From: Phoronis australis
Taxonomy: Eukaryota; Animalia; Phoronida
Assembly: GCA_002633005.1 (NCBI GenBank)
Contig: NMRA01000173.1
Location: forward strand, 87,810 to 151,809
Direction of reading: 5' to 3'
Length of the DNA stretch: 64,000 bases
In this document: one piece after another, positions 12,801-25,100 of the stretch
Position numbering within the stretch: position 1 is the stretch's first letter
Layout: each line of letters begins with the position of its first letter
Made by a program: the position numbers and the translations under genes
The notes under the pieces: generated by a model
The model's input: only the letters and a program-made list of their open reading frames with translations
Told to the model about the DNA's origin: nothing
The model's database searches: none

Positions 12801-14928
12801 CTTAAAATATACTTATGCAATCGTGATGCGTTTGGTTGTTGAAATCAAGCTGCTGATTAAAAACAAATAGTAGAAGTGTCTATGATCACGTACATAAAGA
12901 CACCTTAAAAGTTTGGTTCAGCCACCCCACCAATTAATTGTCATTCCATAATTTGAAGTTAAACTGTTAATATTATGACATGCAATCATGTCTGATCTAG
13001 TTTGCTCTTTGCGATCACATATTTTACTGAGTTATCCTCTTTTTTGACAAAATTTAAAACTTATGGGGTGCTGTATTCAGTGTACCATTGCAAAGTCAGT
13101 TTTGCGTATATACAACATTTTTGTTTCAAATTTTGAAAAACACGGTATAATGTCATTTTCTTCAATCATGTTTATCAAAATACCGCCAGAAATGAAATAC
13201 CCCGGTAGCCTCAGAATTATTTTGAGTTACCTTTATTTACTATGCAGGCAACCATTTTCCTCCTTGCGTCAATAATACTCTTCATTACATACAAGTACTG
13301 ACAGAGGGTCAATGTTGTCAAAACGGCAACAATCAGATTCATTACTTTGGCATAATGCCCGCAAAGCCATTAGATGAGTTTGTTTCATATGAAATTATGA
13401 TAATTTAGCAAGTCTTGCGTCACATACTTTTCAGCACCCTGCATGATTGTCAACAGTTGACAGTTTTTCTCGGAATGGGTCTTATCTTTCAATTACGATT
13501 ATCACCATCCACAGTTAGAAAACTGCACCATTAGGAAGATGCGCTGAAACCAGCTGCTAAAAATTTCTGTTAATTTGCCACGGATTATAAAACACTCTGT
13601 CACTTTGCGAAGTGACACTTGTGTAATTTTACAAGGAAAGTTCGCACTCTCTTCATTTTCACTTGCATCAAGCAGGAGCTTCAAATTGTCCTGTGGCGCA
13701 AAGCCGCAGCAAAGCCTCAACCGTTCTTGTTTCATCACCATAATGCAGGTTTGGGGATCAGGCAGTCATTGAGACTCCGTGACATCATTGGTTTTCAAGT
13801 AGCGCCCTCTGTTCGTTTGCTGTGCTTGTCTTGTTCGTTTGACAGATGACTTGTCTGTTTGACAGTTGACTTAATTATTTGAAAGTTTGTTACTTGTCAG
13901 TGTGGTAAGCTACTTAATCACTAGCCAACTTACTCATTTGCTCAAAGATGTTTTGTCTGTTTGAAAAACCATAGCATTCTTGACTTGTTTATTTAACAAA
14001 TCACTTGTCTGTTTAGAAAATTTGTAAAACCACTTGCCTATTTGGCAGCGTTGTGTATTTTGAACCTTTTGGCTGCCATAAAAGACTAGCAGCTTTTCCA
14101 GAAATCAAATCAGTCGCATCCTGGGGCTCCAGAAACTTGCGATGCCATTGGCCTGGTCATCTTGGAGTTTTTGTATCATATTTGAATTCAGCTTACAGTA
14201 TTTTGATATGGTTACAGCATGAGTCTCAAGGAAAGTGATGCTTAAAAACACGTCCATCTTTGCAGTGCTGTTGTGGTAATTTGAGACTTTTGACGTGATT
14301 TGTTATATCCAACTTGTAGTGTTTTCTGTGTGATCAAATGGTTTCAATATCATGTGCCCATAATCAACAAAGCATAATTACCAACCGTCCAGCTTTTTGA
14401 AGGTTAGTACTGTGTCTTACCACAGCCTTAGAATGTCTTCATTGACACATGCAGCAAAATTTCCATAATGGCATGATTATATTAAATGTGCAGCTGCATT
14501 GTTTCAAAAGCTTTTGTGCTCTTTCACACTATAAACCCCTATTTCGCCATTCTATTTCACAGAAAAATAAGACTCGTGATATTTCAGTGTGTTGTGGCAG
14601 ACATTTTCCTCTTCCAGTATGACTATACATCCATATGTCCAGCTCCTTTGTATTGGGTTGTGATAGAGTACACAAAGTAATCTTCATAGAATGCGCACTA
14701 CGTTAAGAGTTTGAATTCTGCGAAAATGGTAACAGGGCCATTCAAAGATTTTTTTAAATAGATGGATTAAGATGTCTTAATTAAGTCACACTGACTAATG
14801 ATTCACATTTCAGGTTTGGTAAACCCGAAGATATTGCTGGTCTTGCTTCATTTCTGGCATCAGAGGATTCCGCTTACATAACAGGGGAAACAATTTGTGC
14901 AACAGGAGGAATGAAATCGCGTCTATGA
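3889..14928 (+). CDS. DHRS4: Dehydrogenase/reductase SDR family member 4 (peroxisomal carbonyl/retinal reductase), 5'-incomplete
   Basis: GT-AG exons 3889-4066, 4364-4441, 5390-5413, 6197-6267, 8975-9026, 10854-10988, 11104-11159 and 14814-14928 join in frame: [23 protein letters not shown]...[14 protein letters not shown]...YSVSK (catalytic YxxxK)...IRVNGIAPG...DSAYITGE...KSRL*. C-terminal SRL is a PTS1. The first coding exon was not found in the window. Confidence 0.93.
6560..8230 (+). repeat. Dispersed repeat with internal subrepeats (ccctctagtggc / atgaaatttggca family)
   Basis: Recurrent gcc(c)tctagtggca and tgaaatttggca motifs. Reverse-complement matches at 36940-38100 and 41590-41820. 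Confidence 0.7.
11137..12396. repeat. 63-bp tandem repeat, 20 near-identical copies, spanning a DHRS4 donor site
   Basis: Unit cttaagacaataccgatggggag|gtaaacctttctctgtactctttgttcttgttaatagtaa. The array ends at an N (12396). Confidence 0.97.
12418..14080. mobile_element. Non-autonomous DNA transposon with ~45-bp TIRs in DHRS4 last intron
   Basis: Left end gggcagcaaaaaggttaaaaatagacaacattgtcaaa matches the reverse complement of the right end (tggcagccaaaaggttcaaaatacacaacgctgccaaa). Subterminal acaag/cttgt repeats, no ORF. Confidence 0.75.
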
Positions 14929-15818
14929 TAAATCACATCCGTCTAGAGAAAAGTTACAAATTACTACAACATTCAAACCTTACGCAGTGCTAAATAGGGC
15001 AATTCAAATTTGCTAATATTTACCTGGTGTCAATCAAGTTTGCATTAGTAAATTATCCTGGTGAAGCAAGTGTTGAACTCCATCCATTCCACGGTGTAGT
15101 GAATGCTAACTTGCTGTATCAAAGGACCAAGAAAGTAGTTCTCAAATATGGCGCAGCATGGAGTTTAAATGCCCCCCATTGAGTTTATTGAATTCTCATG
15201 ATAACCGTTTGTGTTTGATGTTTCAAATTAATTTTGTACAAAGTAAATTTGAGATTATTTAATAATATTGTTATTATTGCTGAAAGCACTACTTGAAAAA
15301 TGTATGGTTGCATTTCAGTACACTTAGAGATTAGTGATTCTACAAGTTGTTTATGTCAAATTTAATTGCAACTAGCCATTTAATCTCATTTCCTCTTTTT
15401 AAGATCTTGTGCAATATGAGAAAAAAAATTCTTTTTAACAGACAATAAACTCCTAGTGCATTTCTTTTGAAAGAATTTGCTGTCTAGCAAAACCAGTTTC
15501 TTAGAAATAAAAATATAAATCCTGCAAGCATTCCTACAATGAAGTTTAGCATTTTTGAGGTTTTAGGTCATGTATAATGATTTTATAATGTAAAATCTTA
15601 CTAAAGAAACACTTGATTTGGGAAATACTAGAGGAACTATGAATTTTAAAGAAAAAATAATGATTTTTTTTTGGTTTCCCGCTACGTGATGTCATCAGTG
15701 GAAGATCAGTTTAATATGAACATGTATGAAATGGGTGATAGTAGAGATTTTGTTATAATGACTTAAAGAGTGAGCTTGATGAGTATGTCTTAGATAGGGG
15801 TGAACACGACACTCGGGC

Positions 15819-17461
15819 ATAGACCTAATTCAAGCGGCGGACATTAAAATCCAAAATGAGGCTCACTGCGATAAATAAAGCGGAAGTTGACATTGTGCGA
15901 GTCAAATGGCCAGTCTTTCGAGTCCAACCTGGTTATTAATCTTAAAAATGTGTCGATAATTAGCCACAGAGACGTAGAAAAATACATTAGAGAACAAGTC
16001 AATGCACCAAACAGTTATCTGACGAAAGGGTATAACTTTTTTTGGAAAACTAGGTTCGAAACATGAAAAGTAAATAATGACCCAACTGCGGCGATCATAG
16101 AGTTACGGATAAGGCATTAGGCTGAATCAGGGTTATGTTTGTTCTTGTAAATTGTTGATAAAAATGCTTTCTACACAAATCCGGTCATCTACTTGTGTTG
16201 TTGACGAGTAGAAGATATATTCGACAGTGGTGGCTCATCGCATCTTGCTGTCATGTGCAATTAGTCACATCTGGTTTAATTTGTTGATTAAGAATATTAA
16301 CATCAAGCATAGCCTAGGTCCTGGTGAGGTAGGGACTACTGGGACTAACAGTTGATTTGTGATTTATCTGAAAGAATAACTGATGTTATTAAATATATTT
16401 TTTATTAAAATAAAAAACCAGGTTCGTAACTGAAAATAAAAATTATTTGACCATTTTTTAAATTTTGAAAACGAGCACAGCACCAGAAATCGCTGTCACA
16501 TTATATCCAGGTTCTCATTCACTCCTTTGCACTCATTCACAAGTAGTAATTATTTGACCATCAGTTCTGCTTTTTTGCTTTTAATAATTCTAACGTCTAC
16601 TCCATGTGTTAGGTATCAATCTGGACCAAGTTAATTAATTGAAATTAAAACACCAAATTCGTTCGTCCGAAGCATAACCTCGTTTTAGAGCTCAATTTCA
16701 GTTAACTGGACAGAGCAAGCATTGTTATCATGTTTCTTTAGGGACCTTGTTCATCCGAGGGAGAAGGTGCCTGTGTCTTCCAGCTGTGAGAGAGGAATTT
16801 TTTCGCCAAGGGGAAAAATCTGCCTCCCGATCATCATCAATAGCAGCCCTGCCCTGTTGCAAGCTCTCCCGATCATCATCAATAGCAGCCCTGCCCTGTT
16901 GCAAGCTCTCATAGGCTCTGTCTCAAGTAGCATTTTGTGCTCTTTCAAATTGTCACCTATGTTGTTACAGGTGATTTGAACTTCGCAGGGAAGTTTTCAA
17001 TCACTAGGGGGATTTTTAGGCCTCGTGGGGGAGGTTTGGGGGATTTTGCAATATTTTTGAGAGCGAAATAGGGCTGATATTTGGCCCCAAAATCGAGGGA
17101 TTGAGGGCCCTGTCCTTTTTGTAAAGAAAAATGCATCATCTTTCAACCCTGGCTGGCCAAACAATCTCCGGTCGTTGCTATGATGATCAGCAACCAAGAT
17201 GCGACAAAATATGATCTAACTTTTCGAAAACATTGATAAATTTTACACAAATGTATTTTCCTTCGCCGCGGCTTATGCCAACAACCCAATGCTTCCGAAT
17301 CTCAACATCCTTAGGGATTGTAAAACAGACAGTTGAGAGTCCGTATTCTTTCTATCCATTCAAGCATCACGTAATACAACCAGTATGCCGATAAGCCAAC
17401 AGAGCTATCGTAGCGAGCCTTGTTTTGGAACGCGCCTCCTGTTGGTGTGAATTAGGTCAAT
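15819..17461. mobile_element. Probable non-autonomous TIR element
   Basis: Ends atagacctaattca ... tgaattaggtcaat. The internal segment 16740-17130 recurs inverted at ~52360-52690. Confidence 0.5.
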
Positions 17462-17599
17462 AGGTGAAACAGATATGGTAAGGGCTGTTCCAGCAAAAAA
17501 TGTATGGGGGGAGGCACTTTTATTTCGCCCCTGCCGCCCATATTTTTCATTTATTTCTCCAACTCATGACCCAAATTTAGTTAATAGGTTAAAATACAA

Positions 17600-18175
17600 A
17601 AATCCAACAATTGCAAACAAGTTGCCTCCAGGATGACCTGTTAAGAACTTAGATAATCGACAGACAAGAACTAGTTGTCTTGTCCAATATTGTCAAAAAC
17701 TAAAATAGCCAAAAGGGTGGTCGAATTAAAACGAAAATGACTTCTGTCAACGCATCCATCCCTGCTATTTAATTTTGTGCCAAATTTCCAGTTGTGCCTA
17801 GCACTTTTTGAGATAATCAATCTGTCTTGTCCAAAACTAACAGGGTTAAACAGTAATTGAATCCAGCGTCCAAAAATTGACTGGTGATGGAACATTCTTG
17901 CGATATACTTCTATTTCATTGTGATCAGTGAAGCAGTTTTTGAGATAATCAACATACACACAATGGCTTGTTGAAAACTAAAGCAGCCAACATGGGGTAC
18001 CAAGGTTGTCAAATTCGCTCGGAAATCGACTGGTGCAGGCGCATCCTTGCCAAGTACCTGTATACCAAATTTCTTCATGATCCACCGAGCAGTTTTTGAG
18101 ATAATCGATGGACAAGAAGTGATAATGACAGATTTCACCGACCACAAAGTTTTGTGAATGCAGAAAAATTCCATG
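17600..18175. repeat. Probable dispersed repeat with tttttgagataatc subrepeats
   Basis: Several gcagtttttgagataatc / ccaaatttc blocks, typical of a non-autonomous element. Confidence 0.45.
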
Positions 18176-18964
18176 TGAGATCACAACTCACATCACTTAC
18201 TAGAAACTTGAATTTCAAACCGTCTCCACGAATGCTTTTAGACTGCTATGTCAAGTGAATATTGGAACTTGTCTATCTTACTCCTCATACTTTTTATTTA
18301 AAAATCACCACTTTTCTTATATGTGTTAACACCAGTTTAGTGTTGCAGAAATTTTCATTCTAATGTGACTGCAGTACATGTGCTGGTAATCAAGTTGCCC
18401 ATGACTTGAGTAATGGCATAGTGTACATATTGCACTCTGTACACCAGCAACATGGGTTTGATTTTTGTTTTGGGATATGTTTGGGTATTTGCCAAGTGAA
18501 TTTTTGGTGAGTTTTGATTTCTTTTGAGATGTGTTTGGCTGAAAATACCAACCTGTCAACATTTACAGGTCAAAAAATTCCACCGTTTTAATGCTTTACT
18601 TCTTACAAGAATGACCACCCATAATTTGAGTTTTTTTCTGAAGACCACCCATGCAGCGTATTTCATAAAGGTGGTTAAACAAAACCAGGTTTAAGACTTA
18701 AACCTGGTCTTCCTAAACGTGGTCTAATTTTAGACCTAACTTGCACTTCACCAATGTGGTTTAAAAGTCTGAAAGCCTGGTTTTGTTAGACCCAGGAGCC
18801 TGTTTAGTAAAACCAGGTTTAAAGTATCCAAGCCACCCTGCTGTGTCAATCTAGATTAACCCAACAAAGAAACTATTGAAATGCTTTAATGAAACCTTGA
18901 TCATGTGGGAATACAATGGCACACAGTAGTAGAATCAGTGCAGACATTTGGGAAAAAGGTCTAA

Positions 18965-19160
18965 CATGGACTGTTTGTCACATTAGCTCATACATGGACT
19001 GTTTGTCACATCAGCTCATACATTGACTGTTTGTCACATCAACTCATACATTGACTGTTTGTCACATCAGCTCATACATCGACTGTTTGTCACATCAGCT
19101 CATACATTAACTGTTTGTCACATCAGCTCATACACTGACTGTTTGTCACATCAGCTCATA
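18965..19160. repeat. 28-bp tandem repeat including the INTS2 stop codon
   Basis: Unit gactgtttgtcacatcagctcatacatt, ~7 copies. Confidence 0.9.
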
Positions 19161-22100
19161 GCAACTTGTTTGGCAATGGTAGAAAATGACTTTTTGACTT
19201 GCGCGTCTAGGCGTCTGAATTTTGAACTTGAATCCAATTTGTCTTCCATGCTGGAGCCATCATCATCCATTTTTACTGAAACAGAGATAACAATGACTTA
19301 TTTGAGTGCATTCAACCACATTCTGTACATGTACTATAGACAACTAAATTTCAATCAAAGTGATGAATCCCTTCTTTCAATTCTGATGATTGCAAGTCAC
19401 AACACAGTTTTCTGTCTGACAAAGTGTTGACATATCACCAAGATATCTGTAATATCACTGGATGTTTTGCACTACATAGGTTCAAACTGTGAAATCACCT
19501 GATGTTTTGCATTACATATGATCAAACTGTAATGTCACTGGATGTAACACACTACACAGGATCAAACTGTAATGTCACTGGATGTAACACACTACACAGG
19601 ATCAAACTACTCAGAACAGCAAAGGTTCATGCAGTAACTCTTGGATACTTTTACTTAACGTACAAATAATGTCATTTAATTTATCGCACATGTCATGAGA
19701 TTGGTCATGTTAGAATGAAAGCTAGCTTACCTGATGCCTGGCTTTCAAGTGTTGCACCATGAGCAGTACAAATTCTTGCCAAGCTGACCAACAGGGTTAT
19801 GACATCTGTGATCAAGACAGGGAATGCTTTGCATATCCTCTCCAGAGCTGGCAAAACATGTAGGAAGTACTCTGTACGTGTGTCACTGGGGATTACTGAA
19901 AGCAATTTAACAACTGCTTTAATATTAAAAAGTTAAAACAAGGTTACGTAGATTATTGGCTGACCAACAGAGGTCGTATGTGTGGGTGTATAGTCACTGG
20001 GAAATAAAAATGGTTGCCTCCTAGCTCTTGTGTTGTCATTCAGATAAATCTGGTTAATCCCGCAATTATGTAGCACAATACATCAGGTTCGCTTAGGTTA
20101 GACGGCTCACACCTTAGGTTAGATGGCTCATACTTTAGGTTAGATGGCTCATACCTTTGGTTAGATGGCTCATAGCTTAGGTTAGATGGCTCATACCTTA
20201 GGTTAGATGGCTCATACCTTAGGTTAGATGGCTCATACCTTAGGTTAGATGACTCGTACCTTTGGTTAGATGGCTGGTACCTTTGGTTAGATGGCTCATA
20301 CCTTAGGTTAGACGGCTCATACCTTTGGTTAGATGACTCATACCTAGTCAGCTTAGATGGCTCCTACCATTGGTTAGATGACTTATACCTTGGGTTAGAT
20401 GGCTCAAAACTTTACGTTTATGCAGACCAACATGCTTTACGAAGTGGAAACTTGATTTCATGATCTTTCCTGAGTTACTAATGCCAGTCAATTTATGCTT
20501 CATTAAAAAATGAATGCAAGTCATGGGAAACAATGTCCACAAATTTTAGGGTTAAACTGTATAATACGATGATATAAAGCATGTTTACTTGTGAAACCAT
20601 GTCACTATTATAACATGCATCCTCAAGTTGATAGGTTTTCACTTCCTCAGTTTAACATGCCACACCATGCATGCAGATTTGACAGCCAGGCAATGAGTAA
20701 CATTAGTATAGTATACTATAATTCAACAATGCATGAAAATAATTCAGGAGTCTATTTCATGAAAAGTGACAAGTCAAATTTGGTCTTGTGCTTAAAGCAA
20801 CTGTTTTTGAAAAGTAATTAAATCTCACTTGGAAAAGAATGCAGTCTGAGAGTATTAGCACAACTGATAATTACTGAGAAATTTTTTATAAATTATTTCA
20901 AGAATGTGAAGTGGGAGCACAATACCAAATGTCTGTCTTAATGTCAAGTTGATGAAACAGGCCCAAGTGTTAGCAACTAGTGCAGCATGGTCAGTGCAGC
21001 GCCATGGTCAGTGCAACGCCATGGTCAGTGCAACGCCATGGTCAGCGCAACGCCATGGTCAATGCAACGCCATGGTCAGTGCAACGCCATGGTCAGTGCA
21101 ACGTCATGGTCAGCGCAACACCATGGTCAATGCAACGCCATGGTCAGTGCAACGCCATGGTCAGTGCAACGCCATGGTCAGTGCAATGCCATGGCCAGTG
21201 CAAAGCCATGGTCAGTGCAACGCTATGGTCAGTGCAACGCCATGGTCAGCGCAACGCCATGGTCAATGCAACGCCAAGGTCAGTGCAGCGCCATGGTCAG
21301 TGCAACGCTATGGTCAGTGCAATGCCATGGTCAATGCAACATTATGGTCAATTCAATAAAGTGACATTAGAAGATGACTTTGGTAGTTACCAGTGAGCAT
21401 GGTGGAGAGAACGTTGATAGTTAACCTAGCCACGCCCATGGACTTGGGCAATGCATATTGTAGACATAAGTAGGAGATCAACTCTGTACCAAATATCTGA
21501 AATTATAGAAAAGGCAAATAATAGTAAAATATAAGTATATTGATTCAGCAGTTTTGACCTGAATTTTCATATGCCAGCTTTGATTTTCATCAAATAAGGC
21601 AGGTCTGTCATGGGCCCAAGCCCTTTGTATCCAATTCTTTAGATTATTTAAAATAATTGCTTATCACAAAAATCAAGTCTGCATAACCCATCTAAACATT
21701 TTTGTTGCATATCTCTAACCTTAAAGCCAACTCACCTGTTTATCCCAGTGAGGTTGACTGAGTAACTCAGGTATGAAGTCCAAACAGATGTGCATGGATG
21801 GAATGCCACCCACTGTGATAGGTAGCAACTCGCTTGGGTAGCCCTGCAACAAGAAAAAAATTGGTGCTTTAACCAAAAAGAAATTTATTTGTTTAACTTC
21901 AACTATATTACTACAAAATTAGACTAATCTTTTACAACATCTCAAAAATGATCCAAAATTTCAAGCTAAGCGACACAATGCTATTACTATGCAATAAAGC
22001 TTAAAATTGAGGCATTGACACTAGTGGAACAATGGTTCAACCTGAAAAGACAAACATTCATGTAATCACATAGAACACGCACATCCTGTGTTTGTTCTCA

Positions 22101-25100
22101 GACGTCAGTTGATAAAAAGAAGTTCAATTCATGATTAACGTCACCTAATGAATACAGTTTCCCACTCTGTGTTACACTAAAGCCAATAATTAATACTGCA
22201 CGTCACTCACTTGAAAGTGAACCAGCTTGACCAAATTGGGGTCTGCAATAAACATCTGATGTAGATAAGAGCAGGTTAATCTTTGAACTTCGTGCAGGTT
22301 ACTTAGACAGATGGATGAGACCTGTACAATCATGAAAGGCAAGATGAATGAAATGAGAATACAGAGTGACACAATAACATTTCTTGGATAAATTGAACTA
22401 ACATATATAGAGGATTGTTCACAATTATCATCGTGCAGTTTAGGAAGGGAGGGAATCGAGGCTTGCTGCAAGTGTACGCTTTTCACATCACAAAAATGGT
22501 GATGCAAAATAACAAAATTCAATGCTTTATGCATTGCTTTTCATGTCATTAAAAATATGATTCAACTGTGAACTGCTTTAATACTGACATAATTTTTGGC
22601 AAGATTTGCCTGACACATTGACAGTTTATGTAAATCCTTGTCAAGTATAAAAAGTCACATTTTGCATGCTTTAGGGGGAGTGTTTTTTATTGTTTAGAGA
22701 AAATGATGATAATTGTGAATGAGTCCTAACAACATGTGTACAACCAAAGACTACCAGGCATGGCTTAGCATTGACAATTGTGAATGAGTCCTAACAACAT
22801 GTGTACAACCAAAGACTACCAGGCATGGCTTTACAATTCATTCTGTGCATTTCACCCAAGATAAAATACAATTTTTCATCACAAAGCACTTTGATTAAGG
22901 GTGAAGTAAAATAATCTATTTGGAACTGAATTTTTGGCATTAAGCAGGATGTGTCTTTGGTTTGGAATTAAGCAGGATGTCTTTCATTAAGGAGTCGTAA
23001 ACATTCAGAATAAGAAACTAGGTATAACGAGAGGAAACTAAAATGTCCGCACACTGTAGAAATGTTGAAGCAACTAAGGGGAACCAATAGTTTTAAATTG
23101 TGCTTAATCATCAAAAAATTGAGAGACAGGTTGATCGAGATGACAGCAATATCTGCAAACACACCGTATTTTTATGTTATATGTATGTGAACATATAAAA
23201 CTTTCTGGATTAGTTCTCAAGAACACGACTCACTTTAGTCTGTGGCGCAGGTAGGCAACATTCCAGTAGTATCTGTATAACTGCACTGTCCTGGGCTGCA
23301 ATCAGAGCATTCTTCAGCTCTTCTTTCTCTGGGTCAAACTTCTGGTCAGAGTACTGTGATGCGAGGAATGCTCGCGACATTTGAAGGCAGCTGTTGAGTA
23401 TTTGCAACAGGATCTCAAATATGGGTGGACACCTGAAAAAGAAGACACTGATCATGTCACTACACTATAGTTCTGGTATCTGTATAATTCTCCAGTAGCA
23501 AGGATATCAATTCAAAGCTGCAAAGCACATAGGTCAGTGATTTTTGATGTGAAAATACTTTTGAATTGGACCTTTTAATTTAACGTTACAAAAGTGATTT
23601 CACCTTGTACTGTAATAGTGGCTTCTCGGTTTGAGATTACCTGAAATATTATTTTAATTGAAGACTGAACGCAATAAGTGACAATCCAAGAGTTACCATG
23701 GCAACAAAGGAAATATGCTAATCAGCCAAATAGGAAAAGGTTAGCTCTGTGGCGGACTACTATTAAGCCAAAGTTGTACACTTAAATATTTTTGTAACAA
23801 GATCTCCATTAATAAATGTCGGTATTGGCACTGCCTCACAGTATTACCGTTCAACATATTATGGACAATGCAGGCACTTGTTAAACTAAGCCAGTGACAT
23901 AAACGGCAGATTTAGGCCACAAACCCAGGTAACATACACAAACTACAAGTAGGGATGTGTAGTATGTTGTCATTTATTTGTCAGCTTGTATCAAAAACAA
24001 AAAAGAACAAGTGTATGCACATTGGAATAAAAAACTTAACTTTTATAAAAATTCAGACTTGATAGCCGCAGTATTTGATTCTGAAGTACCAACTAGAGTA
24101 ATCTGATCACTTTTAACTTAGGGTATACTGAATGAAAGTCATGTACCATGTATTATCAACTTACCCAAACACTCTGCCAACACGCCTGAGGACATTCAAG
24201 GGTTCTCTGATATCAACTTACCTGAACACTCTGACCTCACACAAAAGGACATCCAAGGGTTCTATGATATCAACTTACCTAAACACTCTGCCATCACACC
24301 TGAGGACATTTAAGGGGTCTATGGTAAGGTCTTCCTCACTGACAGCCAGACCAGCTGTGAGTACTTTATTAACTCTCAGTGCATTGTACGTGCCCACTCG
24401 TAATCTGAAACAAATAGAGCAAAGTGGATCAGTGAGTTTAAACAGAGTCTAAGAAGACAAAACGCAATTATATACTCTTAGACAACAACTTCCCATGGTG
24501 TGGCCCACTTTATGTAAACTTTAAGTTAAAGCAATACTACTGGTCAATGTTTGAGTCGAGTGGTGAGCAGAGTTAGGATACACCACAGAATATCATCCTG
24601 AACACTGACACTTGCTATAGCAAGATACAGTACAAGACAAAAGTAATCAATTTCCCCCATCATGACAGCTACCTCACCAATTACAGAATGACTTGGCTAC
24701 CTCACTAATTACAGAATGACTTGGCTACCTCACTAATTACAGAATGACTTGGCTACCTCACTAATTACAGAATGACTTGGCTACCTCACTAATTACAGAA
24801 TGACTAGGCTACCTCACTAATTACAGAATGACTTAGCTACCTCACTAATTAAAGAATGACTTAGCTACCTCACTAATTACAGAATGACTAGGCTACCTCA
24901 CTAATTACAGAATGACTTAGCTACCTCACTAATTACAGAATGACTAGGCTACCTCACTAATTACAGAATGACTTAGCTACCTCACTAATTACAGAATGTC
25001 TTGGCTACCTCACTAATTTCAGAATGACTTAATTACTATAGCCACCATAGTACCTTCACTGTTAAAGTCTCTTCATTTTCATGAGTTTACACTGATTACT

